Virus record (IMG/VR): IMGVR_UViG_3300045996_000464
Location: 7,289-71,288 of that record
Direction: 5' to 3' (one strand)
Source of the DNA: a virus
DNA: 64,000 nt
Under the pieces are notes generated by a model. That model did not search any database. It was not told the origin of the DNA and saw nothing but the letters and a program-made list of their open reading frames with translations. Position 1 is the stretch's first letter, and each line of letters begins with the position of its first letter. This document shows positions 43,244-53,445 of this stretch, piece by piece. The position numbers and the translations under genes are program-made.

Positions 43244-44385
43244 GCAAGATCAGACGAGGCGTGGTCGAAGACTTCACAGACTACTCCTATCTAGCGGGCA
43301 AGATTGATACTGAAGCTCTTTTGGAAGAGCTAGGGATCGATGTCGGCTTCAAGCAGAGTCAGCACCAGTGGATGTGTCACTGCCCTGACTTTGAGGGCAA
43401 CCACAAGCACGGCGATAGCTCGCCCTCGTTCGGCTTCAACGATGAGAAGCTTGCCTACAACTGTTTCGTTTGTGGCGGCGGCACCATCGTTGAGTTGGTC
43501 TGGTTGATGCGCCCTGAGATGGCACCTAGGTCATCTGGACAGGCCGATAAGGCTGAGGCGCACGATGCTGTCGTCACGTGGTTAGAGGGTTACGCTGACC
43601 TCAATTCTGAGACTGCGTTGAGTGCTAGAATTCACTCGATGCTGCACCCAGAAGAGGAAGACGACACATTGCCCGAAATCCCTGAAGACAACCTCTTCCA
43701 GTACAGGATGATTCACCCTTATCTCTATGAGCGTGGGCTGACTAAGGACATCATTGTTGACATGCAGGTTGGTTTCGATGAAGAGCATGCTGGAATCACG
43801 ATTCCGCACTTCTTCATGGGCAAACTTGTCGGCCTACAGCGCCGCCACCTGGCAACGTACACAGATGGCCCAAAGAAGGATCAGTATTTCTGCCCGCGCT
43901 GTGAGCTAGATGGCAAGAAGGTGCCCAAGTACAAGAACACGTCAGGGTTCCCCAAGGCCAACACGCTCTACGGTTATGATCGAATGAAGAAGTACCTCAA
44001 GGAAGAAGGTGCTTCGTCTGTCATCGTTGTTGAATCGCCCATGACTGCGCTCAAGTTGATGAGCATGGGGTTCAATCGTGTCGTGGCTACGTTCGGCTCG
44101 TTCTCTAGAGAGCAGGGGATGCTTTTGCTTGCGGTTCCGACCGTCTATTTCTGGCCCGACAATGACGCTGCTGGCTATGAAAATGCACAGCGTGCAGTCG
44201 AGACGTTAGGCAAGATGACGACGCTTAGAATTGTTCCAGTAGTGCTGAACGAGAAGGGTGACGCGGCTGATCTTCAGACCGCCGATGAGGTTATCGCCTA
44301 CCTCCAAGCTGCATACCCAAGCACTCTATTTGCGGCTAAAACAAGCGGTAAAAGGTTGCCGACACTAGCACAAATCGGTCGCTAG
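43234..44385 (+). CDS. dnaG: DNA primase (CHC2 zinc finger plus Toprim)
   Basis: CHCP..H.D..PSF...CFVC; YLYERG; PKYKN; VVES; PDNDAAG. Confidence 0.88.
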   Translation: MDLSKIRRGVVEDFTDYSYLAGKIDTEALLEELGIDVGFKQSQHQWMCHCPDFEGNHKHGDSSPSFGFNDEKLAYNCFVCGGGTIVELVWLMRPEMAPRSSGQADKAEAHDAVVTWLEGYADLNSETALSARIHSMLHPEEEDDTLPEIPEDNLFQYRMIHPYLYERGLTKDIIVDMQVGFDEEHAGITIPHFFMGKLVGLQRRHLATYTDGPKKDQYFCPRCELDGKKVPKYKNTSGFPKANTLYGYDRMKKYLKEEGASSVIVVESPMTALKLMSMGFNRVVATFGSFSREQGMLLLAVPTVYFWPDNDAAGYENAQRAVETLGKMTTLRIVPVVLNEKGDAADLQTADEVIAYLQAAYPSTLFAAKTSGKRLPTLAQIGR

Positions 44386-44413
44386 CGAACACTAATATAC
44401 GAGGTAGAAAACT

Positions 44414-44701
44414 ATGGCTATGAAGAAATTTGCAGACGGCGAAGGCAGGCTTGAAGTCCTTAAGGGACGAGAAGCAAACGTCCTTGCTGACTTCCAGCAG
44501 CGCCTTGGCGTCTATCAAGTCAGCGAGTTCTCTGACACTGATCGAGAGCAGTTGATGAAGGCTCTTGATGAAGCCCGAGCAGAGGATGAGGCAGAAGACA
44601 AGGAGCGCCGCGAGGCCCGAGAGGCTCGACAGCAGCGCAAGGAAGAGAAGGAAAAGGAAGAGCAGGGGGATGCACGTGAGTCTTCCACTGAACAAGGATA
44701 G
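44414..44701 (+). CDS. charged hypothetical protein
   Basis: GAGGT RBS, 95 aa. Confidence 0.6.
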   Translation: MAMKKFADGEGRLEVLKGREANVLADFQQRLGVYQVSEFSDTDREQLMKALDEARAEDEAEDKERREAREARQQRKEEKEKEEQGDARESSTEQG

Positions 44702-44948
44702 TCTTTCAAGGACTGTCCAGAATTTCACCCGTCAAGTTTTAGCCCTTGAAGCGCAATTGAAGTCAGAAAGATTGCTGCGACGAGAGGCAGAGCAAAAGAT
44801 TGTCGAGTTACAAAAGCAACTCGATGATGCGTTAGACTATAACAAATCGCTGATGGAAATGGATGAGAGATTCTAGGCGAAAGTTATAGTTGCGCTAAGC
44901 ACAATCACGTGCTACAATGTAAACAACTCAATAACGAGGGAGATATAC

Positions 44949-45755
44949 ATGGCAAGACAGTTTGAGAAGGGCACCGATGTTATCAAGAAGGCAGCGGAGT
45001 CCAAGAAGTCGAAGGGTCGCTACACCCCTAACATTTACTGGAAGGATGGCGACATCAAGACCATCGCATGGCTAACCGCAGGCGATGAGATTCCGAAGGT
45101 AAGGCTGCACAAGATGGTGCCCGTACCGGACGACAAGATGAAGAGCGGCACCCGTTGGGAGACGCTACTCTGTAAGAAAGACCCGTCAATGATCGAGGAT
45201 TTCGGCGGTGTCTGCGAGCTTTGTGATGAAGTCGGTCACGAGGCTACAGAGCAGTTCGTCGCGCTGGCAGTTGAGCTAGAGCCAGTCAAGGACGGGAAGA
45301 AGGTTACGGGGTTGAAGGTTCGCTACGTGACCAAGCCGAACAAGGATGGCGTTGACGTTGACTACCCGCAGTGGGGTATCGTCATTCAGTCCGCGTCCAA
45401 CTTCTTCGCGTACTACGGTGCATACCACGAGGCTAGTGGGGACATCCGTGAAGTGGCGTGGGAAATCCACCGTGAGGGTGGTTCACGTGACACCAAGTAT
45501 CACCCGTTCATCGTCATGAATGGCCCGAACGCGGTGCCGCTTCCTGACATGAGCGATTTCGCTGATGATCTTCCCGCACTGGAAGCACTACTTGAAGAGA
45601 TGGGTTCTGAAGAGGCTTACGCTCGTGTTGCGGGCGTCACTTCTGACGACATCCCAAGCTTCGATGACGAGCGAACAGATGATGGAACGCTTCCTTCGGG
45701 CGAGCGCGCCACTGAGTTTGCTAAGGTCAGGGAAGAAGTAGTCGGTAGCTACTAA
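44949..45755 (+). CDS. putative single-stranded DNA-binding protein (gp32-like)
   Basis: H...C...CELC zinc motif, R.G...DTKY, acidic tail; replication module. Confidence 0.65.
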   Translation: MARQFEKGTDVIKKAAESKKSKGRYTPNIYWKDGDIKTIAWLTAGDEIPKVRLHKMVPVPDDKMKSGTRWETLLCKKDPSMIEDFGGVCELCDEVGHEATEQFVALAVELEPVKDGKKVTGLKVRYVTKPNKDGVDVDYPQWGIVIQSASNFFAYYGAYHEASGDIREVAWEIHREGGSRDTKYHPFIVMNGPNAVPLPDMSDFADDLPALEALLEEMGSEEAYARVAGVTSDDIPSFDDERTDDGTLPSGERATEFAKVREEVVGSY

Positions 45756-45763
45756 GCCTCTGT

Positions 45764-46369
45764 TTGGTGTCTATCACGATCATCACAGATGGTTCTGCTG
45801 ATAACCGCGACGGGAGTGGTGGATGGTGTGCTATTGTACGCTATCCATCCTCCCTCGTGGAGTTGCAAGGATGGGCTGAAGGTACAACCTCCAACCGCAT
45901 GGAGTTGACCGCTGCCCTTGAAGGGCTAAAATCGATTCAGGTGCCGTCAGACATCGTTTTGGTGTCAGACTCCACCTATCTGATCAAGGCGTTTCGGCAG
46001 AACTGGATCGAGCGGTGGATGTGGGAGGAAGAGTGCGGCAACAGAACCAAGCCGCGTACCAACATGGACTTGTGGCATCAGCTATACGGCCTCAACAAGT
46101 ACCACAATGTCAGCTTCATCAAGATCAAGGGTCATTCTGGTGATTACTGGAATGAGCGGGCTGATAGGCTTGCAGATGAGGCGAGGCGAAGTAAGGTTTC
46201 AAACACGCATATCAACAAAGAGTGGATTGAAAATATACGGTGCGAAAGTATGGCACCGAATGGATCGAGGCAATGCAAGTTGCATCAAGGTCACACGGGG
46301 CGTCACTACTGGACAAACGGAAAGGCTAATGGTGTCGAAATTTACGGAACCAGTGCAGTTTCAGTCTGA
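45764..46369 (+). CDS. rnhA: ribonuclease HI
   Basis: TDGS, TSNRMELTA, SDSTY, N.DLW, KGHSG..WNERAD.LA. Confidence 0.93.
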   Translation: MVSITIITDGSADNRDGSGGWCAIVRYPSSLVELQGWAEGTTSNRMELTAALEGLKSIQVPSDIVLVSDSTYLIKAFRQNWIERWMWEEECGNRTKPRTNMDLWHQLYGLNKYHNVSFIKIKGHSGDYWNERADRLADEARRSKVSNTHINKEWIENIRCESMAPNGSRQCKLHQGHTGRHYWTNGKANGVEIYGTSAVSV

Positions 46370-46586
46370 AGTAAAGTACGGTGATATTGAGAACGACATA
46401 TACAGCTACGAATTTGACTATGAGCGCGAAATTGTGAACATAAAATTCCGTAGGTATATCGATGCAGATCGTGCAGGATTTTGCGGCTATGTGGGAGACA
46501 ATGTAATTTTGCCTATGGATTTGCTTCAAGAAGTAGCACGAAACATTTAAATATAAGGCCGGGTAAGGTCTATAGGATGGAGAATT

Positions 46587-46784
46587 ATGCAGTTCAATAA
46601 CGATGAAGAGCGCGTGAACGGCCACTTGATGGATTTTATGACTGAAGTCCAGGAGTGGGATTTACGAGCCAATCAGGACGAGCTAACGCGAGCTATTCAC
46701 ACCTTGCAGATGTTCGTTTTTCAGCATGCACTACAGCGCACGGGTGGTTTGAATGGAGGTTGGTATGGCGACCCCACTTCATAA
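46587..46784 (+). CDS. hypothetical protein
   Basis: GGAG RBS, 65 aa. Confidence 0.6.
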   Translation: MQFNNDEERVNGHLMDFMTEVQEWDLRANQDELTRAIHTLQMFVFQHALQRTGGLNGGWYGDPTS

Positions 46785-49700
46785 TCACACTCACGCTAGT
46801 CAGCTAGACGGACTGGCGACCCCAGCCGAAATCGTTGAGCGCTCTAGGCAGATCAACGTTGAGGCGGCTGGATGCACAGACCACGATCTTGTCGCTGGTC
46901 ATGTGGACTTCTACAAGACTTTGACTGAGGCGGGCGTCAAGCCCCTCCTTGGCATTGAGACGTACCAGACCATCGGCCCCCGCCAAAGCAATTTCGGTGG
47001 CCAGTCCACCAGAACGGCCGAGGGAACCAAGGAGAAGATCGACAACTTCCACCTGATTCTCGTCGCCATGAACAACGAGGGGCTGCGTAACCTCTGGGCG
47101 ATGAATTCAGAGGCACATGCGACCGGGTTCTACTACCATGGGCGCGTGGATTGGGAACTACTGGCCAAGTACAATGAGGGGATCATCGCCACGAGCGCCT
47201 GCGGTCTGGGGCTGCTCTCTCAGTCGCTTAGAAACAACCCGTTCATCCCTGATACTCAGACTCTGCTTGACAAGTACCTCTCCATCTTTGGTGACAGGTT
47301 CTATATCGAGCTAAGCACCTATTCAGAGGAATGGCAGCGCAATCTCAACTACCATCTCGCCAAGCTGGCGGGTGAAAGCGGCGTTCCGGTCATCTATGCG
47401 AACGATGCACACTACGCATTCCCGGAGCAGTACGATCTACACGAGACAATTCTGTGCATGCAGTACAACGAGAAGAAGAGTGACCGAACAGAGCCGCATC
47501 ACACACCCGACCTGTACATCATGAGCGAGAAGGAGGTAAATGAGGCATTCTACTACCTGCCGCAGCCTATCGTTGATGAGGCTATTGAGTCATCGGATGA
47601 AGTCGCGCGGCTGTGTGCCGTCAGTCTTCCTGAGTACAAGATGCATCTGCCTGTCTTCATTCCAGACAAGAAGTGGAAGACAGGGTTGGAGATGTTCTAC
47701 GACCTTGCGGTGGCAGGTTATCAAGAGAAGATCATAGCTCGTGGGCTTGACTCAGAAGTCTACATGGATCGCTTCAAGAGCGAGATGGATGTCATGGTCA
47801 AAGCCAAGCTGTGTGACTACCTGCTCATCGTGCGTGACGCGATCATCTGGGCGCGCAACAAAGGCTATCTGGTTGGGCCTGGACGAGGATCAGTGGGCGG
47901 CTCGCTGCTTGCCTATCTAATCGGCATCCATGAGATTGACCCGATTCGCTACGGCCTCATCTTTGAGCGCTTCTACAACATCGGGCGCGAGTCGTCTATG
48001 CCTGATATCGATGTCGATTTCCCGACCTGGGTCACTGACTTGGTGAAGAAGTACCTCTCCGACAAGTACGGCGAAGAGAATTGCGCCGATATCGGTACGG
48101 TCAGCACACTTCAACCGCGCGCCGCGATCCAGAAGCTAGGCAAGGCGCTTGATGAACCATTCAACGTGACGAAGGACATCTCTTCCTTTATTGAGAAGCA
48201 GATTAAGGCGGGCCAGCAGCCCACATGGGAGACAATCGATGCCGCGATGGCAAAAGAGTCGCGGATGCTGACATTAAAGGCGCATCACCCTAAGCTGTTC
48301 GAATACGCGCGCACGATGCACAAGCGCACGTTCACTTATGGCGTTCATGCTTCGGGCTTCATCGTCTCGGACGTGCCGCTCCGTGAGAACTTCCCGCTGC
48401 GCTGGAACACAAAGGAAAAGAAGGTCGTAACCCAGTGGGATATGCGCATCGCAGAGAAACTGGGCTTCCTCAAGATCGATGTCCTTGGATTGAGGAATCT
48501 TGATACTCTCATGGAGTACAACAACATCCTCAAGCAGCGCGGCAAGCCGACCGTAGACTTCCTGGACGTGATTCGCAAGGAAGAGGCTGGCGAGCTACCG
48601 GAAGAGATGTGGAGGCTCGTAGATGACGGCCTCACCGTGGGTGTTTTCCAGATCGAAGACGGCGTGATGGCCAAGTGGCTAGGCCGACACATGAAGTGCC
48701 GCAACCTAGAAGATATCGCTCTGCTCACCGCGCTTAATCGTCCCGCCGTTCTCAAGGCGCAGGCGCACGAGAAGGTCGTAGATGGTCGAGATGGCAAGCC
48801 GCATGGCGCTATGCATCCGTTGCTTGAGAAGGTGTGTGATGAGTCGTACAACCAGCTTGTCTACCAAGAGCAGTTCATCAACTTCTTTATTGAGCTAGGC
48901 TACGACCCCAAAGAAGCTGACAACATCCGCGCCATCGTCGGCAAGAAGAAGCGCAAAGAGATGGCTGAAGCTAAGCCTGAGTACCTGAAGCGCTTTATGG
49001 CGCACCCCATAACGGCGCAGTACATTCAGCAGATATGGCAGGACAATGAAGGTGTTGGCCTCTATGATCCTTCGTTGGCAGAGCAGCACGCTAACGTTAT
49101 TTGGGATGCACTAGAGGGTTTTGCAGACTACGCCTTCAACAAGGCCCACTCAGTCGAGTACGGCCTGATTTCGCTCTGGACGCTCTATGCTAAGTGGCTC
49201 AACCCGATGGAATTTTACCTTGCATCGATCAGATCGCTTGTGGCTGAAGGTCAGAAGGGTGAAGTGCCTCGCTATGTGCGCGAGATGAAACGCAGAGAGA
49301 TGGAAGTGTTGCCAGTAGACATGAACGAGTCGATGGCAGAGACAACCATTCAGGGCAATGCTATTCGCTACGGCTTCACAGACATCAAGGGCTTCGGTAA
49401 GGCCGCAGCTAACTGGCTCGTAGAGAAGCGCCCATTTGAAAGCTTCGATGACATCATCATCAAGGCTGAGATGGACGAGAATAAGATCACTCTCCGAAAC
49501 GGCACCCGCCGCATGGCCATCAATCGTGGCCACGTTTCCAAGTTGGAGCAACTAACCACCCTTGAGGGTGAAGAACTGTTCGACGTAGAAGAAGAGCTAT
49601 TGGGCTACTCTTTGTCTGATAATTCTGCTACAATACTAGAGGAATACGCAGAGCAAATTGAGGATACTTGCGTTCCCTACATCGCGCTTGAGAAGCCGGG

Positions 49701-49953
49701 GGCTTATTCGATTGCAGGTATCATCTCAGAAATCAAGATGAGCAAAACTAAAACAGGCGACCCTTTTGCCTGGGTGACCCTAGAAGACCAGCATGGCCAG
49801 ACCGTAGAAGCCACCGTGTGGTCACAGGAGTTGACGCGCCTAGCCTTTGCGTGGCGCAGGCGACAGGCTATCATCGCCAAGATCAAGGTGACTGATCGTG
49901 GTAAGAATATTACGCACGCGAAGGTACTGTATGCTAAGGGTGTTGAACTGTGA
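46765..49953 (+). CDS. dnaE: DNA polymerase III alpha subunit
   Basis: PHP domain (LHNHT..S.LDG, TDH), GPGRGS, PDIDVDF, KIDVLGL, FNKAHS; no intein seen. Confidence 0.96.
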   Translation: MATPLHNHTHASQLDGLATPAEIVERSRQINVEAAGCTDHDLVAGHVDFYKTLTEAGVKPLLGIETYQTIGPRQSNFGGQSTRTAEGTKEKIDNFHLILVAMNNEGLRNLWAMNSEAHATGFYYHGRVDWELLAKYNEGIIATSACGLGLLSQSLRNNPFIPDTQTLLDKYLSIFGDRFYIELSTYSEEWQRNLNYHLAKLAGESGVPVIYANDAHYAFPEQYDLHETILCMQYNEKKSDRTEPHHTPDLYIMSEKEVNEAFYYLPQPIVDEAIESSDEVARLCAVSLPEYKMHLPVFIPDKKWKTGLEMFYDLAVAGYQEKIIARGLDSEVYMDRFKSEMDVMVKAKLCDYLLIVRDAIIWARNKGYLVGPGRGSVGGSLLAYLIGIHEIDPIRYGLIFERFYNIGRESSMPDIDVDFPTWVTDLVKKYLSDKYGEENCADIGTVSTLQPRAAIQKLGKALDEPFNVTKDISSFIEKQIKAGQQPTWETIDAAMAKESRMLTLKAHHPKLFEYARTMHKRTFTYGVHASGFIVSDVPLRENFPLRWNTKEKKVVTQWDMRIAEKLGFLKIDVLGLRNLDTLMEYNNILKQRGKPTVDFLDVIRKEEAGELPEEMWRLVDDGLTVGVFQIEDGVMAKWLGRHMKCRNLEDIALLTALNRPAVLKAQAHEKVVDGRDGKPHGAMHPLLEKVCDESYNQLVYQEQFINFFIELGYDPKEADNIRAIVGKKKRKEMAEAKPEYLKRFMAHPITAQYIQQIWQDNEGVGLYDPSLAEQHANVIWDALEGFADYAFNKAHSVEYGLISLWTLYAKWLNPMEFYLASIRSLVAEGQKGEVPRYVREMKRREMEVLPVDMNESMAETTIQGNAIRYGFTDIKGFGKAAANWLVEKRPFESFDDIIIKAEMDENKITLRNGTRRMAINRGHVSKLEQLTTLEGEELFDVEEELLGYSLSDNSATILEEYAEQIEDTCVPYIALEKPGAYSIAGIISEIKMSKTKTGDPFAWVTLEDQHGQTVEATVWSQELTRLAFAWRRRQAIIAKIKVTDRGKNITHAKVLYAKGVEL

Positions 49954-50165
49954 ATCCAGATGTGCGTGAGGCAATTATGGTTTACCTCGATACTGGCAAA
50001 GAGGATTTGATCGAACTAAAATACCCCTCTGAAGCTTACGAACTACAAGAAGCGCTAGAGTTAGTGCGTGATGGGAAAGGTCACACTATCCTCATCTACG
50101 GCAAGACAGGCGAACATCTTTACCCAGTTGAGCGCATCATCAAAATTGAAACCATCAAGGAATGA
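49950..50165 (+). CDS. hypothetical protein
   Basis: Coupled GTGA overlap. Confidence 0.6.
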   Translation: MNPDVREAIMVYLDTGKEDLIELKYPSEAYELQEALELVRDGKGHTILIYGKTGEHLYPVERIIKIETIKE

Positions 50166-50168
50166 AGT

Positions 50169-51251
50169 ATGAGCATAGACAAGATTATGGCAGACCTGTC
50201 CAAGGACTTTGGGGACAGAATCTACAAGGCGTCGGAGGCACCACCCGTGAAAGTCATTCCAACAGGCATCACTAGTCTAGATATCGCCACTGGTGTAGGT
50301 GGCTGGCCACGAGGCACGCTCGTGGAGATTTTCGGCCGTGAATCAAGCGGCAAGACCGCACTTGGATTGTACACGATGGCCGAAGTACACAGGATGAACG
50401 GCTTTACTGCACTCGTTAACCTAGAGTCAGGCATCACACAGGAAGGGTGGCTCAACTGGGCTGTCGAGATTGCGCCGCCCTGGTTCGATCCCGCCCGCGT
50501 TGTCGTTATCAACCCTGCGCCAGGTTCTGAGGCTCTTGTGGCGTTCGGCAAACTGATTGCAAGCGGCGCGTTCGATGCCATCGTCTATGACTCCATCGGC
50601 GCAATGTCCACTGACAAGGAAATCCAGGCTGGCGAGTCAAAGCAAGCGTATGGCCAGTCAGCCCTCGTCACACAGTTGATTAAGCAGGCGGCACGTTATG
50701 CATACGAGAAGGAATGCGTGCCGATCATGCTGAACCAGATCAGAGATGACGCAGCAGGCCAATACATCGTTGAGAAAGCTCCTGGCGGTCACGCCAAGGA
50801 TCACTTCGCCACTTTGCGCGTGCATCTCAAGACCAGCAATCGTGACTGGAAGAAGATCAAGGCTCCGAACGGCGATCCGAATGCTGCTGACGAGTATCCT
50901 GGCTTCCGTGTCAACGCTCGCATCGTTAAGAACAAGGTTGGGCGTCCGCGCTACCCTGCCGGATGGAACTACTGGAATTACCCATCACCGGATGGCGTCA
51001 TCGGCATCGATACGTTCCAAGATACGGTAGATGTAGCACTTCGTCGCGGAGCGTTCCGCAAGGCGGGCGCGTGGTATTACCATGAGAGCTTCCCGGATGG
51101 TAAGCTCAACGGTGGTGTAGCTGTCTCAGCATTCCTTCGTCAGAATCCCAAGGTCTACGAGGAAGTCAAGACCAATCTGATCAAGGAAGCCTACAGCAAC
51201 CCTGAGCCGGTCGAGGAAGAGCGCGAGGTAATCACAGATGTTATTGTTTAG
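50169..51251 (+). CDS. recA: RecA/UvsX recombinase
   Basis: GRESSGKT, YDSIGA, NQIR, PGGHA, VKNK, KAGAWY. Confidence 0.93.
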   Translation: MSIDKIMADLSKDFGDRIYKASEAPPVKVIPTGITSLDIATGVGGWPRGTLVEIFGRESSGKTALGLYTMAEVHRMNGFTALVNLESGITQEGWLNWAVEIAPPWFDPARVVVINPAPGSEALVAFGKLIASGAFDAIVYDSIGAMSTDKEIQAGESKQAYGQSALVTQLIKQAARYAYEKECVPIMLNQIRDDAAGQYIVEKAPGGHAKDHFATLRVHLKTSNRDWKKIKAPNGDPNAADEYPGFRVNARIVKNKVGRPRYPAGWNYWNYPSPDGVIGIDTFQDTVDVALRRGAFRKAGAWYYHESFPDGKLNGGVAVSAFLRQNPKVYEEVKTNLIKEAYSNPEPVEEEREVITDVIV

Positions 51252-51347
51252 ACTAGCCAAGTTGGTTGTTCGGTTCCTCAATTGGACAGAGCGAAATGAC
51301 AATACTCGCAATTGGAATCCTTGGATTGTACGAAGGAAGATCGTGCC

Positions 51348-51713
51348 ATGAGAGCTAAGCACACTACAGGCATGGCGAAGGAGCATGAGGACTTCGTAGC
51401 GGAAACTTACGGCTGGGCCGCAGGCAGGCGCTCACCGTCTTCTGGGGCATCCTTCAATGACCCCGCAGATGTCGTCACTGACGTGTCTGTGATTGAATGC
51501 GAAGCAACCGAGGCGCAGAGTTACACGCTAAAGCGCTCGTTCTGGGATGAGGTAGTGGAAAAACAACACTCAGGCAAGACTCCCATGCTCGCCGTGAGGT
51601 TTCGTAGCCCCACAGATGGGAAACACCTAGATTTGGCTGTTGTTTCACTAGATGAACTGTCAGCCCTACAAGAGGAAGTTGAGGCATACCGCAATGAAGC
51701 GATCCAAAGATAA
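51348..51713 (+). CDS. PD-(D/E)XK Holliday-junction-resolvase-like protein
   Basis: E...RRSPSSGA...DV...IECE pattern. Confidence 0.65.
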   Translation: MRAKHTTGMAKEHEDFVAETYGWAAGRRSPSSGASFNDPADVVTDVSVIECEATEAQSYTLKRSFWDEVVEKQHSGKTPMLAVRFRSPTDGKHLDLAVVSLDELSALQEEVEAYRNEAIQR

Positions 51714-51900
51714 GTACGACATCACTGTCCCGCCGATGCGTATTCCTGGCACCCAAATTGACGCGCTGCGCTTCTTTGAAATGAATGGTCTGTTGGTGTG
51801 GCTTAAGCAGATTGAGGAAGAGTCTCAGCATGCCGTGGCAAAGCAAACCGCGAAGAGCATCCATGATGCAATTGCTAAGTCGCAAGTGGAGCCATCGTAA
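51694..51900 (+). CDS. hypothetical protein
   Basis: GAGG RBS, coupled. Confidence 0.5.
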   Translation: MKRSKDKYDITVPPMRIPGTQIDALRFFEMNGLLVWLKQIEEESQHAVAKQTAKSIHDAIAKSQVEPS

Positions 51901-52118
51901 TGGCATACCCATACGTATGTGACAATTGTTTAGATGGCAAGCATGATCAATGCGAGGGATCGAGAGATGTGCCGTCCGATCAGTATAGTATGCTAGGTGG
52001 AGGATTTTGTATCTGTTCGCACGGAGGGGAAGAATCACTGTTTGAAAAGGATCGTAGAGAGATGAGCCGCAAATCTAGAGAGGCACGGGTGTCGTCCGAC
52101 GCCCCTGATAAGGTATAA
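51900..52118 (+). CDS. Cys/His-rich hypothetical protein
   Basis: CDNC...H..C...CICSH. Confidence 0.55.
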   Translation: MAYPYVCDNCLDGKHDQCEGSRDVPSDQYSMLGGGFCICSHGGEESLFEKDRREMSRKSREARVSSDAPDKV

Positions 52119-52121
52119 GGT

Positions 52122-52904
52122 ATGGCGTTTGATAGCAAGAAGCTTCTCAAGACCCTGACGGCGGGACAAGGTTCGATCCTAGTCCCTCACATCGAGGCGT
52201 ATCAGTCGCGTGGCAAGTTCCCCGAGAAGTGGGAGATTGAGATTCGTAACTACAAGAAGAGCGACAAGCATTTTCACCCTTCGTCCCACTGCTTTACGCC
52301 GCCGCTTGAGCTATGGCAGCAGATGAAGGGTGTGGCTCCGAAAGAGAAGATCAGCCCTGCTCTCCGTCGCACGTTTGACTGCGGTCACATGTGGCATGGC
52401 TACCTACAGTCTATGCTCGTGGATATGAAGTTCGTTCACCCTCGTGGTGTCGAGCAGCACATCGTATCACGTATCGATACACGATACGGCCCGGTTATGG
52501 GTTCAGGCACGGGCGATCTTGTCGGCGTAACGATCCCGAGTCACGGAACGTGGCTCGTAGACATCAAGACGATGAACAAGCCCGAGTTTGAACAGGGCGC
52601 TAGCCAGTACACGCTCAAGAAGTGGGAGGCTCAGGTGTCTTGTTACATGGATTGGTTCGGTGCCGACAAGGCGATGGTGTTGGCCATTTGCAAGGACTCT
52701 CCGCACGCTATGCGCGAGTACCAGATCACCAAGAACCAGCAGTTGCTCAATGAAATCTACGACCGCTGGGGATTCGTCGGCATGCACCTGCGCGAGGGCA
52801 CTAAGGCTGAGGGCTACATCTATGCTGTTGATCCACTCCTGCTCAACCCCGGTGATAGTGTCTATGATGTCGAGCTAGCCAAGGAAGTGGGCGAGCAAGG
52901 GTGA
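52122..52904 (+). CDS. Cas4-like / PD-(D/E)XK exonuclease
   Basis: HPSS.C, G..WH, G..D, VDIKT, Q...YM motifs. Confidence 0.8.
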   Translation: MAFDSKKLLKTLTAGQGSILVPHIEAYQSRGKFPEKWEIEIRNYKKSDKHFHPSSHCFTPPLELWQQMKGVAPKEKISPALRRTFDCGHMWHGYLQSMLVDMKFVHPRGVEQHIVSRIDTRYGPVMGSGTGDLVGVTIPSHGTWLVDIKTMNKPEFEQGASQYTLKKWEAQVSCYMDWFGADKAMVLAICKDSPHAMREYQITKNQQLLNEIYDRWGFVGMHLREGTKAEGYIYAVDPLLLNPGDSVYDVELAKEVGEQG

Positions 52905-53323
52905 GAACCCCGTACTACGGCAATTCTCAGATCAACCAGAGCTTTGGTGTTGGTTCCACTATTCAAACGTATGACCCTAATTCATGGGGGCTTCGCAAGG
53001 AAGAGTTGCCCATCACCACAATGTTCAATCCAGTCGAAGAGGATTATACGCCCTGGCAATTGGATCGTTTTGCTGATGCCTTTCTTTGGGAACAGATTGA
53101 CCAAGGCAATCGCAATTACGAAGACCCATGCATCTTGATGTATGAGCATTTACATGCTCGCCGGAAGAAGGAAATTTACGTCGCGTCAGGCACGCCGGAT
53201 CAGACATTTGCATTGCATCATTCTCCTGATGGACAGATGCTTTACTGGCGAACACACCCTCAGGGACGAGCGGTTAACTCCGAAGAACAGCGCAAGAGTA
53301 ATGCAGCAGGCTTTTATCGGTGA
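52901..53323 (+). CDS. hypothetical protein, paralog of 54545..54892
   Basis: Shared ASGTPD and HP.GR.VNSE.QRK motifs. Confidence 0.7.
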   Translation: MRTPYYGNSQINQSFGVGSTIQTYDPNSWGLRKEELPITTMFNPVEEDYTPWQLDRFADAFLWEQIDQGNRNYEDPCILMYEHLHARRKKEIYVASGTPDQTFALHHSPDGQMLYWRTHPQGRAVNSEEQRKSNAAGFYR

Positions 53324-53400
53324 CGCCTGTATCGGACAACCCTATAAAGTAGTACAAACACAGCACTAATAGATAACCACCCCTTAACGCCTGTTGTTTA

Positions 53401-53430
53401 TTGACAACAGGCGTTTTTGTGTGCTACAAT
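53401..53430 (+). promoter_or_regulatory. sigma-70-type promoter
   Basis: TTGACA-N18-TACAAT with extended TG. Confidence 0.75.
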
Positions 53431-53445
53431 GAGAGGGATTGCAAA

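Noticed and set aside
52122-52904. Cas4-like gene as evidence of a CRISPR system
   Set aside because: No array or other cas genes; solo Cas4-like nucleases are common in phage recombination modules.
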